64,000 nt of DNA from Octopus sinensis (Eukaryota): positions 174,220,001 to 174,284,000 of the forward strand of contig NC_042997.1 of the NCBI RefSeq assembly GCF_006345805.1. Reading direction: 5' to 3'. Below, one piece after another: positions 12,470-24,817 of the stretch; the first letter of the stretch is position 1; every line of letters starts with the position of its first letter. The notes under the pieces are model-generated. The model saw only the letters and a program-made list of their open reading frames with translations. It ran no database searches and had not been told where the DNA came from. Made by a program: the position numbers and the translations under genes.

Positions 12470-12839
12470 TCTTTATATATAAAAGTAAGGTTGTGTGTCT
12501 GTCTCCTACGATTTAGATTCCTAACTACTCCCACATTTTGCGGTGCAGTTTAACCAAAACCGGGTATCTTATAGTCGTGATTCATATCGAGCCCTTCTGG
12601 GTATTAGCGCGCTTCTACGATGAGTTTACGATTTAAAAAAAAATTTACCATCATTTTTTTCCATTTTAATGCATTTTTTCGCTATTATATAAGGGAAGTA
12701 ACTCTCTAAAAATGTCTACGATGAGTCAACGATTTTTTAAAAAATGCATTTTTTTGCTATTTTTTTGCTATAACTCTCTAAAAATGCTTATATAGTTAGT
12801 TCCCTTACAAACCCGAGCAACGCCGGGCGATACTGCTAG
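12470..12839 (+). mobile_element. Non-autonomous Helitron
   Basis: A|TC start (TCTTTATATATAAAAG), subterminal hairpin CCCGAGCAACGCCGGG, and CTAG|T end, i.e. inserted between A and T with no TSD. Confidence 0.85.
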
Positions 12840-13060
12840 TAATAAATAAAATAAAAGCATGTGAGTAAGTTGGTAAACGATGTTGAGCTTGAGCTCATAA
12901 AAATGGATGCGATAATGCTAGCAAATAACACCAGTGAGTGATGCAATCTATATGGAATAGGTAGTCGTATAAAGAATAGTACAATACAACCCCAACACTA
13001 AAATATATGCTAATTATATATAACTCTTTCACTATTTTCTTATACTTTTATAAACATGTA

Positions 13061-13578
13061 TAGTAATGTCTCGATATACGAGTTAATTTGTTCCTGGAGA
13101 CCGCTCGTAAAGCAAAAATTCTTAAAGCAGAGCAATAATTTCCCATAGAAGCAATGTTATATATCGTAATTCGTTGCCAGAGAATATTTTACCTATAGGA
13201 TTTATTATACTCGTATAATAAATGACAATAAAACAACAGTAGAATGTAAGAAATATTTTATATAAAGTAAAAAGAATATCAAGATCATTCATTATATTAT
13301 TATTATAATCCTTTCCTGAATCACTTTCACTCGCACTAGACTCGCGTACAGCCTCACTTGTAGACGCGATCGCCGTTCCATAAGCACTCGTAGACGGACT
13401 CGAAGAGTCGTTTGCTTAGAAGAAGCTTTTATTCGCTCTCTATAATTTTTTTGGTAACATTTGCTATGGTAGCAGAAACTTTTGCACTTCGTTCAAATTT
13501 TGGATCTTCTGCTTGTAAAATAAAACTCGTAGACGCGAAGTCTCATAAAGCGGATCATCGTAAAATGCTGTATTACTG
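13061..13578. mobile_element. Tigger/pogo-like (Tc1/mariner superfamily) MITE
   Basis: TA|(T)AGTAATGTCTCGATATACGAG at the left and ...GCTGTATTACTG|TA at the right resemble CAGTAA...TTACTG TIRs with a TA TSD. Internal CTCGTA(A/G)A repeats. Confidence 0.55.
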
Positions 13579-14492
13579 TATATTGCAAACTGTGACCTTT
13601 TATTAGATATTACATCTTGATTTATTAAAATTCTTAAAACTATCATTAAGCAATTTACTGTACGTGTAATGATGTTATACACGAAGACTGCCATATTTGA
13701 CGGTACAATGTGCTCATATACAGTTTGAACCATAATTACTGATGAGTGACAAGTGCTATTGCATTCAGCCATTTTACTTCAAATCAAAGGCTATATTATT
13801 TTTACTGTCATATAAACTCCAAAGGCTTTAGGTAAGAATTTTATCCAATTCATGAGTACTTTGTTGTGAACGAAATAGTTACTTCCCTATATTTAATAAA
13901 CTATCCTCACTTTTGGCAACGCATGTATGCTAGCATGCACACAGAAGGGTGCTCTCTCTCTCTCACAACACATACACACTTTAATATTCGTTTCAATGTT
14001 GTATGCCTCATTGTTTCTAGGGTTGTGAATTGATATATACAGTAGTGTTTGTTATGTTTTGTTATCCTTAGTATTTTTATGTATAATTTCTTCGCACGCT
14101 TAATTCCATCGTCTATAAGTGAGGGTGGATATTGTCATTCAGTTAGTGTTGTTCTGAGGTCTTGAAGACTAAGGTCCCGAGTAGTTCTATCAGATACTAT
14201 CAGATACTATTGTGCAAATCCTTTTTGCCAAATGAAAGGGGATATTTATTTTGATGTGTTTCGGGAGGCTTGAGCTAAAAAGGAGATATTGCCAGCCCCA
14301 AGGAAAACCTAAGCTAAGAGCATCAGATTCCTTGGAAGAAAGCAGCGAATGTACACGAAAACAAAGACAGAAAATACAAATAATACGAATAATAGGACAT
14401 AACAATAGGTGTCTTTCGACTAAGGCGAATTAAATTTAGCTGGCGTGTGTGGAAGTAAAGACTTACAGAATGGATACAAGATTTCACAGGCA

Positions 14493-14800
14493 CAGGGAGG
14501 AATATAGATGTTACAAGGACGGCGGCTGAACCAAGAAAGAAAGGTCTGGCTTGGCCGAACACTGGTCACGTTGGGAGAGAAGAGAGAGAAGTAGAGGCAG
14601 AGGGACAGAAGAAATTAGGAGGGGATAGAAAAAATGACAGGGACACAGTGAAGTGAAAAGACGACGGTAAGTGAGCATGAAGAGAAGGTCCCTCTGCCTT
14701 TACCACGCCTCTTCTCTCCCCATGTGACCGGTGTTCGGCCAAGCCTGACCTTTCTTTCTTGGTTCGGACGCCGTCCGTGTAACATCGATATTCCTCCCTG
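14493..14800. mobile_element. GC-rich foldback element, ~113-bp inverted arms
   Basis: 14493-14606 (CAGGGAGGAATATAGATGTTACAAGGACGGCGGCTGAACCAAGAAAGAAAGGTC...GAGGCAGAGGGAC) is the near reverse complement of 14688-14800. Confidence 0.85.
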
Positions 14801-14913
14801 GTCGGCTCATAGCTATAATTGCCGACACTCGCCCAAGGTTCCACGCAGTGAGACTGAACCCGGAACAATGTGGTTGGAAAGCAAGCTTCTTATCATACAG
14901 ACATGCCGGCACC
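14798..14913 (-). mobile_element. SINE family A head
   Basis: GCCCAAGGTTCCACGCAGTGAGACTGAACCCGGAACAATGTGGTTGG is the reverse complement of the family A head. Confidence 0.8.
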
Positions 14914-14933
14914 TATATATATATATATGCGTG

Positions 14934-14985
<52 letters not shown>

Positions 14986-15793
14986 GTGTGTGTGTGTGTG
15001 TGCGTGTATGTGTGTGTGTGTGTGTAGTGAGGATAAGACAACACCAGCTCAATTACTCAATTATGAATGTTATTCTTAATGAATTAACAAATACAGAGAA
15101 AAACTCCGAACATGTTACGCTGTTTTTAGATTTCGTAAGCAAAAATGACTTCTCCGTACAAGTTCGCCTAGTGATGATAGAATCCTTAAGTAAATGTACA
15201 ATACTGTGCATCTCTTTAATGATTAGGTGTGAAAAGTTAGTACCCTTCTTGGAATAATGTTATCATGCATGTACGTACGTATGTAGTAACGCGTTTCTAT
15301 ATTCATACACTGAACCTCATATACACAAGATCACACTGAAACACATACGAATATAATAGAACTAGACATAAGCACTTTATATGTAGAGACACATCAATAC
15401 GTAAACGTAACCACACATAGAAACAATAACACATGATTATAAATAAGTCGTCGCCAAATGCAGAAACACATGGACTGATTTGAGGAGCTATTTATGTTAT
15501 CCTTTTAATTTTGTACGCAGCATAAAAAAACATTGTTTATGATGAAGTGTTTCCTGAATAATCTACAAATCTATTTGAAATGAAAGATGCACATAATTAA
15601 TGACATTATTATTTTTTAGTAGTCAAAAGCTTTTAAACATTTATATGTCATTTATTTTCAGCTATTTTTTCATAATAAATTTCGTTTGACTAGCCGGAAA
15701 ATTTTAATCATCTTTTTAAAATCACAGTATTATTGGTACAGAAACACGAGTATAAATTAATAATTTATTATTATCATTATTATTATTATTATT

Positions 15794-15829
<36 letters not shown>

Positions 15830-15949
15830 ATTATTATTATTGCTATTATTAATTTATTCCTGCGCACATTTAACCACTGCAGGTGTTTGGAACTCAGCAG
15901 TGACTGGGTTCCAAACAGCTGCAATAGTGAAACGTACGTAGGAAAGACG

Positions 15950-16155
15950 CATTGTTCCAGTCCACCCAGCTAGCAAAAATGAGTAGTACCTATATTTAAA
16001 AGGAGGCAACGTTGTCACACTCTGTGTCATGCTGAATCACCCTAAGGGTACGCGTGTCTGTGAAGTTCTCAGCCACTTGCACGTTAATTTCACGAACAAG
16101 ATGTTCCATTGATCGTATCAGCTGGGACCCTCGTCCTCGTAACCGACGGAGTGCT

Positions 16156-16157
<2 letters not shown>
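15950..16157 (+). mobile_element. 3' part of another SINE-like repeat (possible Nin/Deu-like conserved domain)
   Basis: CACTCTGTGTCATGCTGAATC...CAGCCACTTGCACGTTAATTTCACG...CCCTCGTCCTCGTAACCGACGGAGTGC ending in (TA)n. The family assignment is from memory of cephalopod SINEs and is not verified. Confidence 0.45.
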
Positions 16158-16240
<83 letters not shown>

Positions 16241-16668
16241 GTATATGTAGGTATATGTAATTATATATGTGTGTGTGATAGTTGTCCCAGTCTCTGTGTC
16301 AGTGTGTGCGCGTGCACGTACAAGTATACACATATACAAGTATACATATAGATAAATAATTCACCTTTAGGCACAACTGAAAAATTTTCATTTAATTCTT
16401 CACCGACCTCCAAGCGAAAAAGTTAGTAATTGCTAAACTAAGTAAGCCACAAGTGAAAGTGAAAGAGTGATGAACTACTCATAAAGACCGCCAAATTTTA
16501 GTGGGCTTATATTTCTATCTGTGTCCTTGTTTTATATTTTCTTTCGAAGTATCCGGTTCTGAGGAATATTATCCCTATGGATAATTTTAAGCATAAGTCA
16601 TCGTACTTATATATCCCAAATGCCGCTGTGACGCGCAGTTTGTTTGCAGTCAACAGACTCGCACGCGG

Positions 16669-17232
16669 CTTTGGCTCGTGGCTGTGTAGTAAGAAGCTTA
16701 CTTTCCAACCACATAACTCCAGGTTCGGTTCCACTGTGTGGCACCTTCGGCAAGTGTCTTCTACTATCATCTCGGACCGGCCAAAGCCTTGTGGATGGAT
16801 TTGGTAGACGAATATTGGACTGGACATATTCTATCTCTCTCTTCTATCTTTTCACTTTTCAAGGAAAATATTTCTCCATCTTTCGCTATTTTACCCTCAT
16901 TCTGGTCTATTGACACTCCATGTTGGTTTCCTTGTATGTCTCCACTGTCCTGTTTTTGTTCCCAACATCGACCCTCCATAAATCCAGAATTTTATTTTGG
17001 TACTTAAAGGAGCTACTCTCTTCAAAGACTCATATTGTCGTTCAATGCTCGGAATGAGGAGTAGATAGACAACCGACAACTGATGAAAAGTCATTCTTTG
17101 TTTTTCTTGCTCTGTTTTCCATTTGTTTCTCTCGTTTGTTTGCGTTGGAACTCATTTATTTTCGTATTTCATGTATTTCATGATGTTAACTGTTGGTGAC
17201 GTCCTGTACTCATATATGCATATGTATATATA

Positions 17233-17322
<90 letters not shown>

Positions 17323-17625
17323 GCTAGCTAGCTATGTATATATATATATATATATATATTATTTATATTATTTATATTATATATATGTGTATGTGTTTCG
17401 GTGGGTGTCTTCGTGTCTGTGCTTGTCCCCCAATCACCGCTTTACAACAGGTGTCGGTGTGCTTACGTTCCAGTAACTTAGTGGTTCGGCAAAAGAGACC
17501 GATAGAAAAAGTATGAGGCTTAACAAAATTAAGTACTGCGGTCGATTTGTCCGACAAAAATATCTTCGAGGCGTCGTTCCAGCATGACCGCAGTCTAATG
17601 TTTGAAACAATTAAACGATAAAGGT
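16669..17625 (+). mobile_element. SINE family A split into head (16669-16812) and tail (17385-17625)
   Basis: Head ...GGCAAGTGTCTTCTACTATC...GGATTTGGTAGACG and tail GTCCCCCAATCACCGC...GTTCGGCAAAAGAGACCGATAG...CCAGCATGACCGCAGTC are separated by ~570 bp of other sequence plus (TATC)n. Confidence 0.7.
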
Positions 17626-17939
17626 AAAAACAACCACTCACTTTCTAAGACCATATTGAGCATGTACCGACATATAAAATAATGCACGCAGAGCTCTAAA
17701 AGTGAAAGTCCGTACATAATTCCTTTCTATATTAGCATAGCACAGGTTAAGTACTCTCGAAGAGTACCTTTTAATTTTTTAATCTCCTTATTTTTACCGA
17801 GACATACCTACCACCAAGTACGAAACCAAAATCAGGATAAGGAGTGGACCCACATTTTTTAAATTAGAAATGCAAATCACTGAGAATAATTGTCCAGAAA
17901 TACTGTCCGTATGAAAAGCAATTGTCCAATTGCCCAATA

Positions 17940-18040
17940 GGCGCAAATGTGACTGTGTGGTAAGAAGCTTCCTTCCAAACCACATGGTTCCGATTTCAGT
18001 CCCACTGCGTAGCACCTCGGATAAGTGTTTTCTACTTTGA
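17940..18040 (+). mobile_element. SINE family A head abutting a transposase fragment
   Basis: GCGCAAATGTGACTGTGTGGTAAGAAGCTT...CAGTCCCACTGCGTAGCACC. Confidence 0.8.
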
Positions 18041-18044
18041 TAAG

Positions 18045-18958
18045 TGTCTTGGGCCATTTTGATACGGAGTCCGAACCACTCTGCGCGTGGGCATCCCACT
18101 GAACTTGGCATCGGTAATCGATCGGTAAAGCATATTTTGCATGAAGACCTGCATTTCCACCCGTACAAATTTGTTATTGGGTCAGAGTTGAAGCCATGGG
18201 ACTATGCACAACGGCTTAACTTCACACGTCAGATGGAAGCAACTTTTGAGGCAAAAGACAACCTCATTTTGTTAATGAGTGATGAAGCCCATTTTTATCT
18301 CAATGGCATGGTGAATCAACAGAACTGTCGCTAGAACATCCTAGAGAACTGCACGAAAGAGGGCTGCACAACCCAAAAAGTGAAGGTCTGTTGTGCATTT
18401 CGAAAAGCTGCCGTCATTGGTCCTTACTGTTTCGAACACAATGATGGAAATGCTGTTAATGTGGACTCCGAGCGTTACATCGAGATGATAAACAACTTCA
18501 TTGTGCATGAATTGCAATGAAAACGTATACCTATTCAAAGTGTGTGGTTTCAACAGGATATGCGGCGGTCCACATAGTCAGAATATCAATGGACCTTCTT
18601 CGCCCTCTCGTTGGTGACCGTCTCATTTCCAGATTTGCTGACATTTCTTGGCCCCACTCGGTCCCCTGATTTGTCCAATGTATGATTATTTCTTGTAGGG
18701 AAACCTGAAGGCACGTGTGTATGCGCATAAGCCCCGTACTTTGGACAACTTGAAGGAAGCTATTCGTGTGGAAATCGCCCAAATTGACAGAAGCTTATGA
18801 ATGAAAACAGACACCATGTGATGGGTGTTGTTTTCCACGCTTGATTTTGATAAATGCTAATTCAATACGAACACATTGAGGTCAATAAAATTTGTTTGCA
18901 GCTAAAATTAATGATTTTGTGAATGTTTCAAAAACGCCCTTCCTCTCTGCCTCACCTG
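18045..18958 (+). pseudogene. Tc1/mariner (Tc3-like) transposase, central and C-terminal part plus right TIR
   Basis: RSPNHSARGHPTELGIGNRSVKHILHEDLHFHPYK...LMSDEAHFYLNGMVNQQNCR, then VIGPYCFE, VWFQQD and SWPHSVPDL with stops and frameshifts. TIR TTTCAAAAACGCCCTTCCTCTCTGCCTCACCTG at 18926-18958. Confidence 0.9.
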
Positions 18959-18959
18959 T

Positions 18960-19284
18960 CTCCTATTCATTAGTGTAGCTCGTGTACGAAGTGCATTCAC
19001 CCAACGTAAGATTGTATTACGGGTGGAAACAACCTGATTTCGATGAATGTCGAAGTGGCGCCGAAACTCACTCTGAACTACTGTGACAGACTCATTATTC
19101 TTCACGTAAATGTCGTAGGTAAACAGGCAATGCTCTATCGACCACAGTGCCATGGCTTCACCTGAAATGGAAAAAAATGCTAAAACACCACGGACCGAAT
19201 GGTACCTGCCGGACATAATGCCCCTCCCTCTGGGGCTTAGTAATAGCCATTTCAAAAACGTCCATTCCTTTCTGCTCTACCCTG
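18960..19284 (-). pseudogene. N-terminal HTH part plus left TIR of the same transposon family, opposite strand
   Basis: From 19153, MALWSIEHCLFTYDIYVKNNESVTVVQSEFRRHFDIHRNQVVSTRNTILRWVNALRTRATLMNRR (DUF4817-like HTH). TIR at 19249-19284 is followed by TA. Confidence 0.85.
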
Positions 19285-19830
19285 TATAATATACCAAAGA
19301 GCATAAATCTAATTAGATCCCCAGCTAGCAAGCAAACATCTTGCAAGCCAACTAACCAACCACACCAGACAGACGTCACCCCACCATTAGCCACCCAGTC
19401 AGTCAACAACCACCACCGTTTATTGATCTTACGAATCCAGAAGTCACGGCACCCGTTTCTTTCCTTTTCTTTCTCTTTTTTTTCTTTCATCTGTATGAAA
19501 TGGCACACCTCCACAACCGTACATGAATGCCGTTCCCCACCCCCATTTGAAGATTATCTTTTTATTCTACTCTACTCTACTCTAGCTTCGTTAATCCTGT
19601 TTGGTAGAGATTTACCACAAGAGAATTAAGGTCTGCAGACTTAGTAGCGTGTTTAATAAATCTTGTATTAGAACGTGTTTCTCTTAGAGAGTGAGAGAGT
19701 GAGCGAGAGAGAGAGCGAGAGAAAGAGAGAAAGAGTAATTGAGGGAGAGAGAGAAAGAGAGAGAGAGAGATTGAAGCTGCAACTCCACCTCCTCCTCCAC
19801 CTACTACTACTGCTGCTGCTGTTGTTTTTG

Positions 19831-19873
<43 letters not shown>

Positions 19874-20682
19874 AGACTCAAGTGCAACAGTAGCAACAAC
19901 AACAGTAATAACAGCAGCAGTAGCAGCAACATCTAAGCAGCAACAGCAGCAACGGAAGCTGCAGGACATCAGCAACAGCAACAGTCGCAGTAATGTCGAC
20001 GCCATCGGCAGAAACGTGAGAAATTTGACAAGGAAGATGAAGACGACGACGACGGCGACGGTGACGAAGAAGACGACGATGGTGATGAACAGACAGACGG
20101 TTCTATGATCAAAGGAGAGTTTTATTCACGATCGTCCCATCTTTGTTTAAATGTACAAATACATCCAGAAATTATAGTATTCTTGATACTCAATTTTCCT
20201 CCTGATATTTTTAAGGTAACGGGGCGCTATTTCTAGCAAGTAAAGTAAGCACTTTCTTGGCGACGGTGGCAGTAATGGTAGTGATGGATTTGAAGATGAT
20301 GACGACGGATAATGATGAGGATAAAAAAGGTAATAATCAGGGGCAAGGAGGGAAGTGGGATTAAGAACTTTGTTTTTCAACCACGTGGTTTTCGGTTCAA
20401 TCCCATCGTGTAGCACATAATGGGCAAGGACCTTCTGTTACATTTTGAGTAACGTTTTAAATTAACGATCTTAACCTTATTTATATAAATTTAAATTTAT
20501 TTCGTCACTGTATTTACTGCGGAGATATGTTGACCATATCTCACATGGAATTAAGCGGCGGGAATTTTGAACTGGCCATGATGCATACGTGCATATATAT
20601 GTAGGTATACGTTCGTATATATAAGTATTCGTATGTTGTATTTATATATATATATATGTATTTATGTTTCTCTTCTGTGTGC

Positions 20683-20740
20683 ATTCTACTGACGAGGCAA
20701 AGCATTCATAAATGCAAAGTCAGAAATCCGTATCTAGAAT
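20683..20740 (+). ncRNA. Minimal type-I hammerhead ribozyme-like motif with one extra A before GAAA
   Basis: Stem I ATTCTA/TAGAAT; core CTGACGA; stem II GGC/GTC plus GCATT-CATA-AATGC; A+GAAA; stem III A-T, T-A with loop CCGT; predicted ATC cleavage triplet ending at 20734. Confidence 0.55.
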
Positions 20741-20910
20741 TATCCAGTAATTTTTTACTAGTTTCATCTTGTCTCTTTGTTTTCTCTCCGTGTTGATATA
20801 TGAACAATTAAGGTGGTTTTAGAGTCAGATCATGGCTGCTATTTTCAGCATGGTGGTATCTCGTAGATACCTTAATTTATAATTTATATATATATATATA
20901 TATACATATA

Positions 20911-21073
20911 TACGACGGGCTTTCAGTTTCCGTCTACCAAATCCACTCACAAGGCTTCGGTCGGCCCGAGGCTATAGTAAAAAACACTTGCCCAAGGTGA
21001 CACGCAGTGAGACTGAACCCGGAACCATGTGGTTCGTTAGCAAGCTACATACCACACAGCCACTCCTACGCCT
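20911..21073 (-). mobile_element. SINE family A 5' half
   Basis: Reverse complement reads AGGCGTAGGAGTGGCTGTGTGG...GGGCAAGTG...GGATTTGGTAGACGGAAACTGAAAGCCCGTCGTA. Confidence 0.92.
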
Positions 21074-23042
21074 ATGTTCATTTACATATGACGTAATCTA
21101 TTATGTTTGTTTTGGCTACGTATCCGGACAACTTTGTTGCCTTTCTTTCCAGTTCGAGTCGTTTACCCTTGTTTCCCCAATTACCACACTGATAACTGAA
21201 AAACGAAAACGTTCAGGAACGACAGCAAATACACCGATCACTAACTACGTTTTTCATTCAATAGCTTCAGCTTATTTCTCATGCTTTATCCATCTATTTC
21301 GCATTCTTCCTTACTTTCATCTTTTTGTGAAGCGGGGTTCAAATTTTATGGCCACTTTTATCTCAGTTTATTTTAAATATGCTTTCTCTCTTTTCATTTA
21401 TTTCATTCTTTATATGTATTTAATTTTGTAAGATTGTTTTTCAGTTTACAAATACCCAGCTTGTTGTGTTGCCGTCGTGTCATAGGATTCAATATATGTT
21501 ATTTAAGAAGAAGAAATATTCGCCGAACTTTGTAAAAGTTTGGTGACAGGTAGATTACACAACGACCCTGTTAGTATCCGGTGTACCTGAGATTAAAAGT
21601 TATCTCTTGTTATGCAGATCAGTTGCTCTAGCAAGCATGAAGTTGTTTCCTTTTACATTCCAGGAGATTGAGCTGGCTGTTATAGAAGATAGAGATATTT
21701 CTACCCTGATATCAAGATGGAAGAAGCTTTTTATTTATTTATATATTTATTTGTTCATTTTCGTTTTTGATTATTAAAGTGAGGCTGTGCGATGAAATTT
21801 AGCCTCGTGTTCATTTCAAATATTGAATGCTTGATCGATAACCAGATGATATGGATTTATGGATTTTGAAACACAACTTTTATCAAGTGTTTAAAGCCAT
21901 TTTTTGCGAACACTCTTATATTCGATCATTTTTGTTTCATCGCATGGTAAAACTCAGTTGCTTTTTCGTTATGATATCTAAGAAATTAATCAAGTATGCA
22001 CTTAGCAGACTCCATTCTCTGCTGTGTATGTAGTGTGGTGCAAGATAAACCTGTTTTCTCTTGCACCGCATTTAAGTTAGATCAGAAAAGGAAAGCTGTT
22101 TGATGCATATATCAGTTTGAATAAATCGCCAGCCGAATAATCTTTATGCAAATCGAATAAATCAGTGGGGTATACTCACAAAAATTAGGGACCGTATAAT
22201 GTAATATCTTCCGCGATCTAGATACGTTCCTGAAAAATATAGTGCTAAAAGAAATGACACTATGAGGAATCATTATAACATAGCATAAATAGAGATAAAG
22301 TTATTTTTATCAGTGATACAAGCGCAAACTAAGGTAATAGATACTACTAAATCCACAGACTCTGTGTCGCTCCCCCAAACACTCAATAGCATTAGATAAC
22401 TTCACACAAGATGATTCGCATTTTGATTTAAAATAGTGATAAAATTAGAAAAAGTTTAATTAAGACCTAATGTTATAAAATTAGGAATCAGTTTAATTAC
22501 TGTTATAAAATTATGAAACAGGTTAATTAATGTTATCAAATTATGAAATAGGTTAATCAACTTCTATTTTGCATGAACAGACCTAGTCACCATTTATTCA
22601 GTTGAAAAACAACGCCGACAAAGAAAGAAGACTGAAATTACTATATCATTGAAGAATGCTGTAAATGTTTGTATTTATTTATTTGGTTTTTAGTCTTCTC
22701 TCACGAAAGAGTCCGGCCTGTTACCGTGAAGTGCCTCACGAGATGATCTAGAAGATTTTCAATCATCAACAATACTTTGGCTTAGAGTATGTCCTACTCT
22801 ATAACTTTTCGCTGCTAGATAACTATGTGAAACAAAACCACTTCGTGAAAATTTCTGGTGTCAATCTGGCCTTCTTACATGATTTTTCAAATGGCAGGCA
22901 ATGGTGTACCTAGTATGGGACACGATGGGAACGGTCTGTCCTGAGTGATGATCATATAGGGCGTTATTTCTGGATGTGTTGTATAAGCTTGCACAGGCTT
23001 GCGAGAGAGGGATTGGGAACGGCAAACATGATCTAGCTATAT

Positions 23043-23340
23043 CTGGGGTTCAGAGGTCCACAGCTCTTCAATATCCTCCCGAATGACCTCAGAGACCTGC
23101 ATGGGGTGGATGTAGGTGTTTTCAAAATAAAGCTGGACCTCTTCCTGTCAGGTGTCCCACATGAACCAATTTCGCGGCAGGAGGTACCGATGAGGGCAGC
23201 TGCATCAAACTCCCTCATGCACCAAATGTCAATTGCTAAAAAGCATTCGTGACGTAAAATTATGTGACAACACCAAATGGCGGTGCCCCAACATGGTCAC
23301 AACTCGTGAGCTCAAACTAGATGAAATTTTTAAAAATAAA
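23043..23340 (+). mobile_element. CR1/L2-type LINE 3' end, same family as 6691-7240
   Basis: 23043-23252 reads LGFRGPQLFNILPNDLRDLHGVDVGVFKIKLDLFLSGVPHEPISRQEVPMRAAASNSLMHQMSIAKKHS*. The 3' UTR contains GGCGGTGCCCCAACATGG...CAAACTAGATG, then an A-rich tail. Confidence 0.9.
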
Positions 23341-24817
23341 TATAAATATAAATATACCGCTGATAACAGGCGGATATTTGATAATTTTTTCACTGATGGG
23401 TGGTGCTTTTAAAAGATAAACAAACATTGATTACTGTGTCCAGTTTCTTGAATTATTACCAGCTTGTAGCAATGCTAAATGGTCGTTTTGTGCTTGAAGC
23501 TAGAACTGTTAGTGTTTCAGCACCTATGATAACTTTAAACTTTGAAGAAGCATGTTACTTTTCACTCAACTTGTGTGAAAAACCTGTATGTATGTAGGAT
23601 CACATACATACAAAGATGATCTCAAAGGCATGAAGGACAATGTAAGGACAAAGAGGGGATTGCAACTTTGGTTCTTCTTCCATTTAACTTCAGAAATTGT
23701 GTCGCACGTATCACGTGTATTTGCTTGTTATTTTGGAAAAGCGAGAAGTATTGTATTGATTCTGCATCAACGAAATGTCCAAGGAATTACAAAAATATAA
23801 AAAAACTGGACGCAATTGTTGGCTGTCTATTTGCGCTACGAATGTTAATGAGAAATATGTTTCTTTATTAGTCACACATGGTTGAACACAGACGGGACAA
23901 ATTATAAAGCAGAGCTTTTCTTTTTTGGGGAAAAAAAGTGGGGTAGGTTTTTGATCAAAAGGGATCGTAAAAAGGAAAGAAAAAAAGACCGATCAATAGG
24001 GATCGTGTATCACAGAAATGTCATGATGTAAAGTGTAAAGGGGGAAACAGATAAGGTTTATCCGTGGAAAGAAAAGCCTACGAAAAAGACCACGGTAACC
24101 TCGGTCAGTAATGTCACATGTTAACACATTTATTTGCAAGTAAGTATCTCTGTTTTAAATTTTCCCAGGTTCATAGGATGATGCTCAAGGTGGCTTCGTC
24201 ATTCATACGTGCCATCCTTGCTACATTCATCCAACTTTTTTTGAAACATTCGCTAGACAAAACTTGGCCCTCTACTTTCACTTTCCTTTTCAAGTGTTAC
24301 TTGAAATAATTATGAAACATGAAAACGATTAACGATTAACTATTCTTCTACACGCAACAGCCTCCACTGCGAATCAATCCCATAATTCGTTCATTCTGTC
24401 TTTTTGATTCCCCTTTCTATTCTCGTTCAATTCCTCTCCTGTATAAGCCGTTAGTTTCTTCCTTCTCTTTGTTTGTGTACCCTCTTAGTAAGTATTGTAG
24501 GTGTTGTTTCCTTTGTGTCTTAACGACAGACCCCCACCTGTATGTGCATATATCACGTATATATACAAGTATAAATGTGTGTGTGTGTGTGCACGTGTGA
24601 GCGTGATGGTGTGTGTGTATGTGTAATTATGTATTTTCGTAATACATAAACACACACAGAGACACGTGAAAAGAGGTAGAGGAAGAGTAAAAAGTTGAGA
24701 CCACTGGAAGTGAAGGGACACAGCTATTCTGCTCTCTGATGAATCGTCCTTAAACGAAACAGAACAAGACCTGTTACATTCGTCTATCATCAAATAAATC
24801 AATATGTTTATATATAC

